A stretch of DNA of 63,963 nt, the filler included, from Chiloscyllium plagiosum (Eukaryota), in NCBI RefSeq assembly GCF_004010195.1. It is 4 parts of one record of this genome, joined end to end, with 100 filler letters (N's around TTAATTAATTAA, not from the genome) between each part and the next. Parts side by side here need not be neighbours in the genome. Positions count along the whole stretch, not along the records: positions 27,085 to 48,072 come from NC_057716.1; positions 48,173 to 59,254 come from NC_057716.1; 2 more parts are not named here. The stretch is one strand, 5' to 3'. The notes below the pieces were generated by a model. The model was not told the DNA's origin, searched no databases, and saw only the letters and a program-made list of their open reading frames with translations. The stretch's first letter is position 1; each line of letters starts with the position of its first letter. Shown here in pieces: positions 39,089 through 52,510 of this stretch. A program made the translations under genes and the position numbers.

Positions 39089-39708
39089 TTATGAAATAAC
39101 ACCTCAGAGGCCAGTATGCGGTCACCAAGCCACCCTTTATTTACACATGGACAGTCCTTGACTTTGGTACTCCCTCTTCAGAGCCAGCTCTCAGAGTGAA
39201 CATAGAGTCATAGAGATGCACAGCATGGAAACAGGTCTTTCGGTCCAACTCGTCCATGCCAACCAGATATCCTAATTTATCTAGTCCCATTTGCCAGCAC
39301 TTGGCCCATATCCCTCTCAACTCTTCCAATTCAAATACCTATCCAGGTGCCTTTTAAATGTTGCAATTGTACCAGCCTCCACCACTTCCTCTGGCAGCTC
39401 ATTCTATACACACACCATTCTCTGTGTGAAAAAGTTGCCCAGCTTATTCAGACTCTCCCTACAGCTCAAATCCTCCAACTCTGGCAACATAATTGTAAAT
39501 CTTTTCTGAACCCTTTCAAGTTTCACAGCATCCTTCCAATAAGAAGGAGACCAGAATTACATTCCATATTCCAAAAGTGCCTAACCAACCACTGTCACTC
39601 GTGTTCTTATCTATCAACCAGGGATTCCTGATTGAACCAGATTAACAGACTCAATCAGGAAACTCATTCTATAAGGTCCAGTTAGCTGACCTTGTTACAA
39701 CCACTACA
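39089..39708 (-). mobile_element. Possible solo LTR interrupted by a CR1 3' fragment (39201-39590, minus)
   Basis: Minus strand begins TGTAGTG, has AATAAA near the far end, and caggttat occurs at both boundaries. Confidence 0.4.
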
Positions 39709-40128
39709 GGTTATCTTAAGCAGTGGTCTTCATCTTATAGATCAACATGTTTACCAGCTGCTCATATGTATAGGAAATGATCAACATGGAGCTAGCTGAC
39801 ACTGTACACTGGCTCGCTTTAAGCAAGTGAATTTATAAAGCAGTCACTTTGTGACGTTGAGGTTGTTTTACAATCCTTATCTGTCCAAAATCTGGGTGGT
39901 ACTGAAAAAGAAGATTCTGTAACACTCTTGAGGCTTTATGGTATTTAGGCATTGGTTTTGAAAGACTGGAAGCTGATTATCCTGGTACAGAAAGTCATTG
40001 TTTAATGAATTTAATCAAAAACTGTTGCTGTATCAAATGGTCAGGGATAGACTATTCAGACAAACAAGTGTGTTATGTCATTCAAGGGGCCATGAATGGG
40101 TGGTGTCCCAAGTGCATGACCCAGCTTA

Positions 40129-40700
40129 GAATCATAGAGTCATAGGGCTGTTGCAGCATGGAAACAGACCCTTCGGTCCAACTCATCCATGCTGACCAGC
40201 TATCTTGAATAAATTTAGTCCCATTTACCAGCATTTGGCCCTATTGCTCTAAACCCTTCCTATTCATATATCCATCCAAATGCGTCCTGGTGGCACGGTG
40301 GGTCAGTGGTTAGCACTGCTGCCTCACAGCACCAGGAACCCAGGTTTGATTCCAGCCTTAGGCGACTGACTGTGTGGAGTTTGTGCATTCTCCCCGTGTC
40401 TGTGTGGGTTTCCTCCGGGTGCTCCAGTTTCCTCCCACAGTCCAAAGATGTGCAGGTTGGCCATGCTGAATTGCCCCTAGTGTTAGGTGAATTAGTCAGG
40501 GGTAAATATAGGGTAGGGGAATGCGTCTGGGTCGGTTACTCTTCGGAGGATCGGTTAGGCTGAAGGGCCTGTTTCCATACCATAGGGAATCTAATTTAAA
40601 TGTTGCTATTGTACCAGTCTCCATCACTTCCTCTAGTAACTCATTCCATACATGTACCAGCCTCTGCGTGAAAACGTTGCCCCTTCAGTTCTTACTTAGT
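40129..40700. mobile_element. CR1 3' end (minus) interrupted by an HE1-like SINE (40289-40594, plus)
   Basis: CR1 sequence ...ccatccaaatgc resumes as tttaaatgttgc after the SINE. Confidence 0.8.
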
Positions 40701-41282
40701 TTCACATCTTTGGTCACCCTTAATTAGCAAAAGTCCCACTATTGTATGTTCAGCAGCAAAGCAAAGATGAACAGTGACCTCATCTCTGTCCAGCAATTTC
40801 TATACTCTTAAAGTCCTGGTTTGAATATACCTGGGTTACTGTGAGAAATTCTCGGCATCTCTACTTAAGAGGGATATAATAACTCCAGAGGGAATGCAAA
40901 TTTACCAGATTTCAAGGGGTAAATTTGGAGGCGAGATTAAATAGAAGTTGAACCCCTTGAGATATTGGAGTCTAAGAGGTGATTTGATTAAGTTTAACAA
41001 ACATTTGGGCAGCAGATAGGGTAGATATAGAGAAGTTATTTTTGGCAGTTTGGAAGTGAGGAAGGAGGGCGCAAAAGGATTTTAAAGTTAGAACCAGACT
41101 CGGTTAAGGTTGAGTGAGATTTGATGGACAAGGGCGTCAAGGAAAATGGGGTGGAGGAGGAGGCTGGGGCAGAGAGGATGTTTAGTTGAGACCGCAATCA
41201 GATCTGCATGATTGAATCAAATGGCTTGTAGGGTTATCGAGCCTCTTCCTAGCAAGGGTTACACTAAACATGTTCTCATGTT

Positions 41283-41463
41283 AGAGTCAAAAAGTACGGT
41301 ATTGGAAATGCATAGCAGGTCAGGTAGCATCCGAGGAGCAGGAAAGTTGATGTTTTGCGCATAAGCCGTTCATCAGGGTCTTTGGATGTTGCCTACCTGC
41401 TGTGCTTTTCCAGCTCCACACTTTATGAGTTAGATCTCCAGCATCTACAGTCCTCACTTTCTC
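41283..41463. mobile_element. Family A pLTR fold-back insertion (decayed hammerhead on minus)
   Basis: TSD catgttctcatgtt at 41269-41282 and 41464-41477. Confidence 0.72.
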
Positions 41464-42229
41464 CATGTTCTCATGTTTTTCTGGGTACATGACAGAGCAG
41501 AACAAGTGTCTGATGGAAGCAACATATGAACATACAAACAAGGAACAAGAGGAGACCACTTGACCCTTCATGTCTTTCCACCTTCCAATACGATCAAGGC
41601 AGAAGAGATTTCAATCCAAACACCACATTCCTGCATATTCCTGAAAATCTTTCATCCCTTTGGTAATCAAGAAACTAGAGGACACAAAAGTTTGAAAACA
41701 CATTCCCACAGATTGAAGGACAGCTTCTTCTCCTCTGTTATCAAACTTATTCTTTTACTATAAATTCTGTGTTCTATGATCCTGCCTCACTAGCACCCAA
41801 TGAATGAGCAACGCTCCGAAAGCCTGTCCTTCCAAATAAACCGGTTGGACTATAACCTGGTGTTGTGTGATTTTTAACTTTGTCTACCCTAGTCCAACAC
41901 TGGCACCTCCACACCAAACTTATAAATAGACCTCTCATACATTAGAGTTGAACTTTCTTTGTATTTTCTCTGTAGCTGGAACATATCTTCTGTAATCTGT
42001 TCTATTACCCTGATGTACTTATGTAAGGTATGATTTGTGTGTTAGCATGCAAAACAGTACTTTTCACAATATCTTGCTACATGTGACAATAATAAATTAA
42101 ATCAAATCAAACCTCCCTCTGCCTTAAAAATATTCATAATTTTGCATTCACTGCCTTTTGAGGAAGAGAATTCCAGACTCTGAGAGAAAAAAAATGTTCC
42201 TTCAACTCTGCCTTAAATATACAACCCCT

Positions 42230-44580
42230 TATGTTGGTAAGGGATGATATTCAGTCCCTTGCGCGGGGGGACCTAGAATCAGGGGATGTAGAGTCAGTGT
42301 GGATTGAGCTGAGAAATACTAAGGGTAAAAAGACCCTCTTGGGAGTTATCGACAGGCCCCCAAACAGTAGTCTGGATGTCGGATGTAAGTTAAATCAGGA
42401 GCTGAAATTGGCCTGTGGCAAAGATGTTACTACAGTTGTTATGGGGGATTTCAACATGCAGGTAAACTGGGAAAATCAGGATGGTATTGGACCTCAAGAA
42501 AGAGACTTTGTGGAGTGCCTCAGAGATGGATTCTTAGAACAGCTGGTGCTGGAGCCGACCAGGGAGAAGGCAATTCTGGATCTGATATTGTGTAACGAAC
42601 CAGAATTGGTCAGGGGCCTTGAAGTGAAAGAGCCATTGGGAAGTAGGGAAAGGGTACAATCGGAAGTGACAATATTTCTGTTGAATAAAGGGAACTATGG
42701 AGCTATGAGGGAGGAGCTGGCCAAAGTTCAATAGTGCAATACCTTAGCAGGGATGACAGTGGAGGAACAATGGCGGATATTTCTGTGTATAATGCAGAAG
42801 TTGCAGGATCAATTCATTCCAAAAAGGAAGAAAGGTCCTATGAGGAGGCAGGAGTGGCTGTGGCTGACAAGGGAAGTAAAGAAACATATAAAGTTAAAAG
42901 AGAAAAAGTATAACATAGCAAAGATGAGTGAGAAAACGGAGGACTGGGAAGCTTTTAAAGAACAACAGAGGATTACTAAGAAGGAAATATGCAGAGAAAA
43001 AATGAGGTACGAAGGTAAACTGGCCAATGATATAGAGGAGGATAGTAAAAGCTTTTTTAGGTACGTGAAAGGCAAGAAAATGGTTAAGACTAAAATTGGG
43101 CCCTTGAAGACAAAAACAGGGCAATATATTACGGGGAACAAAGAAATGGCAGAAGAATTGAATTGGTACTTCAGATCTGTGTTCACTGGGGAAGACACAA
43201 GCATTCTCCCAGAGGTAACAGTGGCTGAAGGACCTGAACTGAAGGGAATTTATATTTGCCAGGAATTGGTGTTGGAGAGACTGTTTGGTCTGAAGGTAGA
43301 TATGTCCCCGGGGTCTGATGGTCTACATCCCAGGGTACTGAAGGAGGTGGCTCGGGAAATCGTGGCTGCGTTGGTGATTATTTNNNNNNNNNNNNNNNNN
43401 NNNNNNNNNNNNNNNNNNNNNNNNNNNNNNNNNNNNNNNNNNNNNNNNNNNNNNNNNNNNNNNNNNNNNNNNNNNNNNNNNNNNNNNNNNNNNNNNNNNN
43501 NNNNNNNNNNNNNNNNNNNNNNNNNNNNNNNNNNNNNNNNNNNNNNNNNNNNNNNNNNNNNNNNNNNNNNNNNNNNNNNNNNNNNNNNNNNNNNNNNNNN
43601 NNNNNNNNNNNNNNNNNNNNNNNNNNNNNNNNNNNNNNNNNNNNNNNNNNNNNNNNNNNNNNNNNNNNNNNNNNNNNNNNNNNNNNNNNNNNNNNNNNNN
43701 NNNNNNNNNNNNNNNNNNNNNNNNNNNNNNNNNNNNNNNNNNNNNNNNNNNNNNNNNNNNNNNNNNNNNNNNNNNNNNNNNNNNNNNNNNNNNNNNNNNN
43801 NNNNNNNNNNNNNNNNNNNNNNNNNNNNNNNNNNNNNNNNNNNNNNNNNNNNNNNNNNNNNNNNNNNNNNNNNNNNNNNNNNNNNNNNNNNNNNNNNNNN
43901 NNNNNNNNNNNNNNNNNNNNNNNNNNNNNNNNNNNNNNNNNNNNNNNNNNNNNNNNNNNNNNNNNNNNNNNNNNNNNNNNNNNNNNNNNNNNNNNNNNNN
44001 NNNNNNNNNNNNNNNNNNNNNNNNNNNNNNNNNNNNNNNNNNNNNNNNNNNNNNNNNNNNNNNNNNNNNNNNNNNNNNNNNNNNNNNNNNNNNNNNNNNN
44101 NNNNNNNNNNNNNNNNNNNNNNNNNNNNNNNNNNNNNNNNNNNNNNNNNNNNNNNNNNNNNNNNNNNNNNNNNNNNNNNNNNNNNNNNNNNNNNNNNNNN
44201 NNNNNNNNNNNNNNNNNNNNNNNNNNNNNNNNNNNNNNNNNNNNNNNNNNNNNNNNNNNNNNNTGGGTGAGTGCTGAACCAGAGGAGACAGCTTAAAAAT
44301 ACGGGGTAGACCATTTAGGACAGAGATGGGGAGAAACTTCTTCACCCAGAGAGTGGTGGCTGTGTGGAATGCTCTGCCCCAGAGGGCAGTGGAGGCCCAG
44401 TTTCTGGATTCATTTAAGAAAGAGTTGGATAGAGCTCTCAAGGATAGTGGAATCAAGGGTTATGGAGATAAGGCAGGAACAGGATACTGATTAAGGATGA
44501 TCAGCCATGATCATATTGAATGGTGGTGCAGAATGGCCTACTCCTGCACCTATTGTCTATTATCTATTTTCTATTGTCTA
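42230..44580 (+). mobile_element. CR1 LINE with APE endonuclease region; RT lies in gap 43384-44263
   Basis: ESVWIEL, RPPNS, VMGDFN, EPTREKAILDLIL, SPGSDGLHPRVLKE; 3' FFTQRVVAVWNALP and a (ctattgt)n tail. Confidence 0.9.
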
Positions 44581-45444
44581 TTTTTAAACTAACTCTTAAT
44601 TCTAGATTCTTCAACAAGAGGATCCAACCTTCCAACATCCACCCAGTCAAGTTCCCTCAGGATCTTACATGTTTCAATTAAGTTACTTGTGACTCTTCTG
44701 AACTCCAGATAATATAGGCCTAGCCTGTCCAGTCTTTCCTCATCAGGCAATCCACCGTAGCAGGTATAAGCCGAGTAAACCTTCTCTGAACTGCTTCCAA
44801 TGCATTAACATCTTTCTGTAAGTATGGTGACCAATACAGGATATACCATTTCAGATAAGCTCCTTTGTTGAGAATTATGAGTCAATACAAGCCAGTAATA
44901 AGCTTTCCCCTTGTTAGAATTTGGGATAGCCACATTAACCTAATATTGTCCATTTGTAAGGCAGTTTCATGTGGTTACTGAATTTGTTAAGAAGCAACAG
45001 TTTAGATGTCGTACATTAATTAATTAAACATAAAAAGTGTAGACAGCCTGTGACACTTAGAAATGGTTCACTCCTAGCAGGGGACAAACAGGAAATTCCA
45101 GACAGTGCGTTGATGTCAATGAATTTATCAAAGTAGCTTCCTTCTCTCGAGACAAATGTTAGGAGACTCTTCCCTGGGTCTTCCCTCAATATTTTCTAGT
45201 TCATGTTCCATCTGAAAAGGACAACCCTCCTACAAGGACTGCTTTCTACAAGGACTGCTTTCGACAAGGACCAGATGAAAAGGACTGCTTTCTAACCCTG
45301 AGCACTTGTTTATATGCCTTACTTCTAAGAATAGAAGTTTATACTGTGACAATCACCCATTTCAATCTTTCTAGCTAATGGATGTTGGATAGTTGGAAGC
45401 AATGGTACAATGATGTTGTCAGAGCACTAGTAATCTCGAGACCA

Positions 45445-46700
45445 AAACTGGTTGTATAGTAGACAGTGAGAAAGGGTATCCAAGATTATCTTGATCAAAT
45501 GAGCCAATGGGCTAGGAGTGGCAAATGGAGTTTAATTTAGATAAATGTGAGATGTTACAGTTTAGTAAGACGGACGAGGGCAGGACATACACACTAAATG
45601 GGAGGGCCCTGGGGAGTGTTGTGGAACGGAGAGTTCAGCTACACAGGTAGCTTGTTTCATAGGGAGATAAAGTGATTAAGGTATTTGGAATGTTTGCCTT
45701 CGTTGCTCAGATGGAGACATTGAGATACACACCACGGAAACAGACCCTTCAGTCCAACTCCTCCATGCCCAACCAGGTATCCTAAATAATTCTAGCTCCA
45801 TTTGACAGCATTTGGCCCAACCCCTCTAAACCCTTCCTATTCACACACCCATTCAGATACCTTTTAAATGTAATTGTACCAGCCTCCATCACTTCCTCTG
45901 GCAACTTATTGCATACGTGCACCACCTTCTCTGTGAAAATGTTGTCCCTTAGGTCACTTTTAAATCTTTCCCCTCTCACCTTATAAAAATGCCCTTCAGT
46001 TTTGACTCCCCTACCCTGGGGAAAAACCTTGTCTATTTACCCTATCCATGCCCCTCATGACTTTATATCATTTGAGTACGTCATGTTGCCATAATACAAG
46101 ACGTTGATGAGGCCACATTTGCAGTACTATGTACAGTTCTGGTCACCCTGCTATAGAGAAGATATTATTAAATTGGAAAGGGTACAGAAAAGATTTACAC
46201 GTTTCTGGAGTTGTGCCTCTGTCCATGTTTTTTTTCACCCTATGATCTATATGTCCTGGTTTGCTGTCTGTACTGCTCATAAATAGAGCTTTTCACTGAA
46301 TGTAGGTACATGTGACAATAAATAAATCAAATTAAAGGAGGTTGAGGAGTGACTTTTCAGAGGTTTATAAAATCATGAAGTACTTAGATGAGTGAATAGC
46401 AAAGGTCTTTTCCCAAGGTTGGGGAGTTTAAAACTAGAGGGCACAATTTTGAGGTGAGGAGAAAGATTTGAAAGGTGCCTGAGCAGCAGGGGTTTTACAC
46501 AAAGAGTGATTTGCATGTGGAATGAGCTGCCAGAGGAAGTGATAGGTGCAAGTACAGTTGCAACATTTAAGAGACACATGGATGAGTACGTTTATAGAGA
46601 TGTGGGCCAAATGCAGGCAAATGGGACTAATTTTGTTTGGGAAACTTGGTCAGCATGGACAAGTTGGATTGTAGGACCTGTTTCCATACTGTATGACTCC
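45445..46700. mobile_element. Nested CR1 pieces: old plus-strand copy split by an inverted CR1 3' end (~45722-46068) and a Rex1-type 3' end
   Basis: RPHLQYYVQFWSP...RVQKRFT on plus; KVVHVCNKLPE on minus. Confidence 0.7.
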
Positions 46701-46824
46701 ACCACCCCAATGTAATGTTCGGGAGAACAAAAATAGAAATCGCTGGAGAAACTTGGCAGATCTAGTAGCAGTTGTGGAGAGAAAGCAGAGTTAACTTTTT
46801 CAGTCCAGTAGCCCTTCTTCAAAA

Positions 46825-48072
46825 CCATAAGACCATAAGACATAGGAGTGGAAGTAAGGCCATTCGGCCCATCGAGTCCACTCCGCCATTCAATCATGGC
46901 TGATGCGCATTTCAGCTCCACTTACCAGCGTTCTCCCCGTAGCCCTTAATTCCTCTAGACAACAAGAATCTATCAATCTCGGCCTTGAAGACATTTAGCG
47001 TCCCGGCTTCCACTGCACTCCGTGGCAATGAATTCCACAGGCCCACCACTCTCTGGCTGAAGAAATGTCTCCGCATTTCTGTTCTGAAATGACCCCCTCT
47101 AATTCTAAGGCTGTGTCCACGGGTCCTAGTCTCCTCGTCTAACGGAAACAATTTCCTAGCATCCACCTTTTCCAAGCCATGTATTATTTTGTACGTCTAT
47201 ATTCAATCTCCCCTTAATCTTCTAAACTCCAAAGAATACAATCCCAGTATCCTCAGCCGTACCTCATATGTTAGACCTGTCATTCCAGGGATCATCCGTG
47301 TGAATCACCGCTGGACACGTTCCAGTGCCAGTATGTCCTTCCTGAGGTGTGGGGACCAAAACTGGACACAGTACTCCAAATGGGGCCTAACCAGAGCTTT
47401 ACAAAGTCTTAGTAGTACATCTCTGCTTTTATATTCCAACCCTCTTGAGATAAGAGACAACATTGCATTCGCTTTCTTAATCACGGACTCAACCTGCATG
47501 TTTACCTTTAGAAAATCCTCGACTAGCACTCCCAGATCCCTTTGTGCTTTGGCTTGATTAATTTTCTCACCATTTAGAAAGCTTTTATTCTTTTTGCCAA
47601 AGTGCAAGAACTCGTACTTGCTCACGTTAAATTCCATCAGCCAAATCCTGGACCACTCTCCCAACCTGTCAAGATCCTTCTGCAGCCTCCCCACTTCCTC
47701 AGTACTACCTGCCTGTCCACCTAACTTCGTACCATCGGCAAACTTCGCTAGAATGCCCCCGGTTCCCTCATACAAATCATTAATATATAATGCGAACAGC
47801 TGTGACCCCAGCACCGAACCCTGCGGGACACCACTCGTCACCGGCTGCCATTCTGAAAAAGAACCTTTTATCCCAACTCTCTGCCTTCTGTTAGACAGCC
47901 AATCCCCACTCCATCCCAGCAGCTCACCTCGAACACCATGGGCCCCCACCTTGCTCAGCAGCCTCCCGTGTGGCACCTTATCAAAGGCCTTTTGAAAGTC
48001 TAGATAGACCACATCCACTGGGTTTCCCTGGTCTAACCTACTTGTTACCTCTTCAAAAAATTCCAACAGGCT
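46825..48072 (-). mobile_element. Young CR1 LINE RT with (tatggtct)n tail
   Basis: YLDFQKAFDKVPH, GVPQGSVLG, KFADG, RPHLEYCVQFWSP. Confidence 0.92.
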
Positions 48073-48172
48073 NNNNNNNNNNNNNNNNNNNNNNNNNNNN
48101 NNNNNNNNNNNNNNNNTTAATTAATTAANNNNNNNNNNNNNNNNNNNNNNNNNNNNNNNNNNNNNNNNNNNN

Positions 48173-49600
48173 GTCCGTGTTGGTTCGGTCGTCTGGGATA
48201 GAAACAGAAAGGTCTAGGAAGGGGCGGGAGGAGTCCGAGACTGTCCAGGTGAATTTGAGGTCTGGGTGGAAGGTGTTAGTGTAGTGGATGAACTGTTCAA
48301 CCTCCTCGTGGGAGCACGAGGTAGCGCCGATACAGTCATCAATGTAGCGAAGGAAGAGATGGGGGGTGGGGCCAGTGTATTTGCGGAAGATGGATTGTTC
48401 CACATATCCTACGAAGAGGCAGGCATAGCTGGGGCCCATGCGGGTGCCCATGGCTACTCCTTTTGTTTGGAGAAAGTGGGAGGATTGGAAAGGAAAGTTG
48501 TTCAGGGTGAGGACCAGTTCGGTCAGTCGAAGGAGGGTGTCGGTGGAAGGGTACTGGGTGGTACGGCGGGAAAGGAAGAAGCGGGGTGCTTTGAGTCCTT
48601 CGTGATGGGGGATGGAGGTGTACAGGGACTGGATGTCCATGGTGAAGATGGGGCGTTGGGGACCGGGGAAGCGGAAATCCTGGCGGAGGTGGAGGGCGTG
48701 GGTGGTGTCACGAACGTAGGTGGGGAGTTCTTGGACTAAGGGTGTCAGGACCGTGTCGAGGTATGCCGAGATGAGTTCGGTTGGGCAGGAGCAGGCTGAG
48801 ACGATGGGTCGTCCGGGGCAGTCAGGTTTGTGGATTTTGGGCAGGAGGTAGAAACGGGTGGTGTGGGATTGTGGGACTATGAGGTTGGAGGCGGTGGATG
48901 GGAGATCCCCCGAGGTGATGAGGTTATGGATGGTCTGGGAGATGATGGTTTGGTGGTGGGGGATGGGGTCATGGTCAAGGGGGCAGTAGGAGGAGGTATC
49001 TGTGAGCTGGCGTTTGGCCTCAGCGGTGTAGAGGTCGGTGCGCCAAACTACTACCGCGCCTCCCTTGTCTGCTGGTTTGGTAGTGAGGTTGGGGTTGCAA
49101 CGGAGGGAGTGGAGGGCTGCGTGTTCCGAGGGTGAGAGGTTGGAGTGGGTGAGAGGGGTGGGGGAGTTCAGGTGGCGGTTAATATCGCGGCGGCAGTTGG
49201 CTATGAAGAGGTCGAGGGCAGGTAGGAGGCCAGCACAGGGTGTCCAGGTGGATGGGGTGTGTTGGAGGCGTGAGAAGGGGTCGTCAGAGGGTGGGCGAGA
49301 GTCATGGTTAAAGAAGTAGGCGCGGAGGCGAAGGCGACGGAAGAATTGTTCGATGTCACGCCGCGTGTTGAACTCATTAATCCGAGAGCTTAGGGGAATG
49401 AAGGTGAGGCCTCTGCTGAGGACTGATCTTTCATCCTCAGAGAGAGGTAGGTCTGGAGGAATGGTGAAAACTCGGCAGGGCTGGGAGCTAGGACCTGGTG
49501 TGGGGCTGGAGCTGGGTGTGGGGGCGGGGTTAGGCCTGGGGACGGGGAAATATTGGCAGCAGAGTTCTGGATGGGTTCCAAACAAGTGAGTGTGGGACAA
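48173..49600 (-). mobile_element. Penelope-like element reverse transcriptase ORF, open up to the gap
   Basis: LSRGLTFIP, KPADKGG, FYLLPKIHKP.CPGRPIVS, MDIQSLYTSIP, KGVAMGTRMGPSYACLF, FLRYIDD, LKFT, FLDL. Confidence 0.93.
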
Positions 49601-50635
49601 ACACTAGGAGAAGCAGACAGAATGCGTGATTGTCAGAAGGCAAATCTAATTGAGGAGTTTGGGTGGTTTTCTACATATAAAATTTAAACATTGTGAAAAG
49701 GAGACATGAAGTCAAAGCGTTTTGTTTTGCACTCGTCAGGATGGAAAAGCAAGAAGACCAACTTTAGAAAGGGAACACAAATCATGCTGCACGATCTTCT
49801 CCTGCTGTATAAATTGTTGTTCCCTTTCTAAAGGATAGTAGTGGGAAGTTGCGTGTGGAGGCGGAAGAGATTGGGGAGACACTGAATGAATACTTTTCTT
49901 CAGTATTTACTCAGGAACACGCTGTATTCTTCTATGTTCTATGTTCTATGTAAAGTTGGTCTTCTTGCTTTTCCATCCTGACGAGTGCAAGACAAACTTT
50001 GACTACATATCTACATTTTAAAACAAAAAAATGTTTTGTTTCTGTCCTACTAAGCGATTATTTATGGACAGGCTGAGAGAGTGTTACAGGCTGGAATTTA
50101 ATCAAAGAATCCAGATGGTTTGTACATAGAATAATGGATACCTGGGAGAGAGCTACAGCTGGAATGCAATGTGACCAGCCCCTAAGGCATGAGTTATAAT
50201 CCAGCTGAACTGACTGCATTATCTATCATTTATTGTCTTTAACAGGCACAATTTATGCACCGTGGTTTAACTAGGATTTTATGTCAGCTTTTGTGCTGTT
50301 TGCTAATGTTCTTTGAGCATGATGCAACTAACAGGAAAAGAGTACAATTGGGATTTCACACTGCAGGTCAACGGAGGAGTGAAATATAGCAAGTCTGCCG
50401 TCCCACCAAAACTTAAGTGAATCCAGTGATAAATTGCATTCCTTCCAAGTATGAAAAATAAAGCAGAAGCAGACCAATTGGCCCCCCAGTCTTTACTTGA
50501 CCTCTGTGCATTCCGTCCACACTCAATAGAAACTACATTGAGCAATATTATGTCTATTAAAGACACTTTTTTCAAAAGGTTTGGTGCCTACTCCTAGTTC
50601 AGGATGTTACTGGGATCCATAAAGTTAATAAATCT

Positions 50636-51843
50636 TAGAACATAGAACGATACAGCTCAGAACAGGCCCTTTGACCCACGATGTTGGGTCGACCTGTGAA
50701 CTAATCTAAGCCCATCACCCCACACTATCCCATCATCATCCATGTGCTTATCCAAGGACTGCTTCAATGCCCCTAATGCGGCTGAGTTAACTACATTGGC
50801 AGGCAGGACATTCCACGTCCTTAGCACTCTCTGAGTAAAGAACCTGTCTCTGACATCTGTCTTAAATCTATCACCCCTCAATTTGTAGTTATGCCCCCTC
50901 GTACAAGCAAACGTCATCATCCTAGGAAATAGACTCTTACTGTCTATCCTATCTAATCTTCTGATCATCTTGTATGTCTCTATCAAATCCCCTCTTAGCC
51001 TTCTTCTCTCCACTGAGAACAGACTCAAGTCCATCAGCCTTTCCTTGGTCACCTTCTCAAAAAACTCAATGAGGTTTGTGAGATATGACCTGCCCTTGAT
51101 GAAACCATGTTGACTATCTGCAATCAAATTGTTGCTTGCTAAATGATTATAAATCCTATTTCTTATAATCCTTTCCAAAACTTTTCCGACAACAGACGTA
51201 AGGCTCACTGGTCTATAATTACCTGGGTCATCTCTACTGCCCTTCTTGAACAAGGGCACAACATTTGCAATCCTCCAGTCCTCTGGTGCTAAACCTGTAG
51301 ACAATAATGATTCAAAGATCAAAGCCAAAGGCTCCAACATCTCCTCCCTGGCTTCCCAGAGAATCCTTGGAAAAATACCATCCGGCCGAGGGGACGTACC
51401 TACTTTCACACTTTCTAGAATTGATAACACATCCTCCTTACTAGCCTCAATCCTTTCTAGTCTAGTAGCCCATTTCTCAGCCTTCTCCTCTACAATATTC
51501 TCCTTTTCCTGAGTGAAAACCGATCAGAAATATTCATTTAGCACCTTTCCGATCTCCACAGGGTCCACAGACAACTTCCCACTTCTGTCTTTGACTGGCC
51601 CTATTCCTACCCTAGTCATCCTTTTATTCCTCACATATCTATCGAAAGCTTTAGGGTTCTCCTTTATTCTATTTGCTAAAGACTGCTCATGTCCTCTCTT
51701 TGCTCTTCTTAACTCTCTCTTTAAATCCTTCCTAGCTACTCTGTAACTCTCCATCGCCTCATCTGAACCATCTCACCCCAACGTCACATAAGCCTCCCTC
51801 TTCTGCTTAACAATAGATAAAATTTCTTTAGTAAACCACGGTT
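50636..51843 (-). mobile_element. CR1 LINE with an internal deletion of the RT core
   Basis: LTNLIEFFEKVTK is joined directly to ERLMDLSLFSVERRRLRG near 51040. Confidence 0.88.
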
Positions 51844-52089
51844 GACTAAATCATCACAGGTTTTGCAGAATTTATGGTCTGAATTCACTAAAACAAGATT
51901 ACTATGCATCACGTGTCAGTTGGCCATTTGAGTGTTTTGGTCAGCCAGAAGCTCCAATATCGATGGACCAGGCCACTTAAGCCATCTCCATATCTATCTC
52001 CTTCTAAGGCTTGGAGCCAAATTTAGCTTTACCTTGTGACACACCTTTGAATGTTTTATTAAAGACAGTGTATGGATGCAAATTGTTGC

Positions 52090-52510
52090 AGTGTGGAGCA
52101 GGGATGTCTTGCCTCAATTGTACAGGGCTTTGGTGAAGCAACACGGGATTATTGTGTACAGTTTGGTCTCCTTGTCTGAGGAAGAATGTTCTGCCTATGG
52201 AGTGAGGGCATCAAAGGCTTACCAGACTGATTCCTGGGCAGGACTGACGTATGAAGACAGACTGTATTGGTTAGGACTATATTCACAGGTGTTCACGAAA
52301 ATGAGGGGGGAATCTCACAGAAACCAATGAAATTCTAACATGGCTAGACAGGACAAAGGCAGGAAGGATGTTCCCAATGAGTCCAGAATGAGGGGGGGTC
52401 ACAGTCTAAGGATAAGGGGTAGGCCATTTAGGACTGAGAAGAGGAAAAATTTCTTCACCCAGAGAATGGTGAGCTTACGGAAATTCTCTGCCACAGAAAG
52501 CGTTTGAGGC
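52090..52510 (+). mobile_element. Old CR1 fragment
   Basis: SRDVLPQLYRALV and ccatttaggactgag...ttcttcacccagag. Confidence 0.7.

Noticed and set aside
38583..39102. ORFs with GL, NP or RV dipeptide runs
   Set aside because: These are translations of the telomeric hexamer.
45229..45293. Short 16-bp tandem repeat (tacaaggactgctttc); also poly-G at 55742-55760
   Set aside because: Ordinary slippage products with no supporting context.
48266..49589. Plus-strand ORFs opposite the Penelope RT, and antisense ORFs over CR1/HE1 copies
   Set aside because: Shadow frames of mobile elements with no independent protein similarity.
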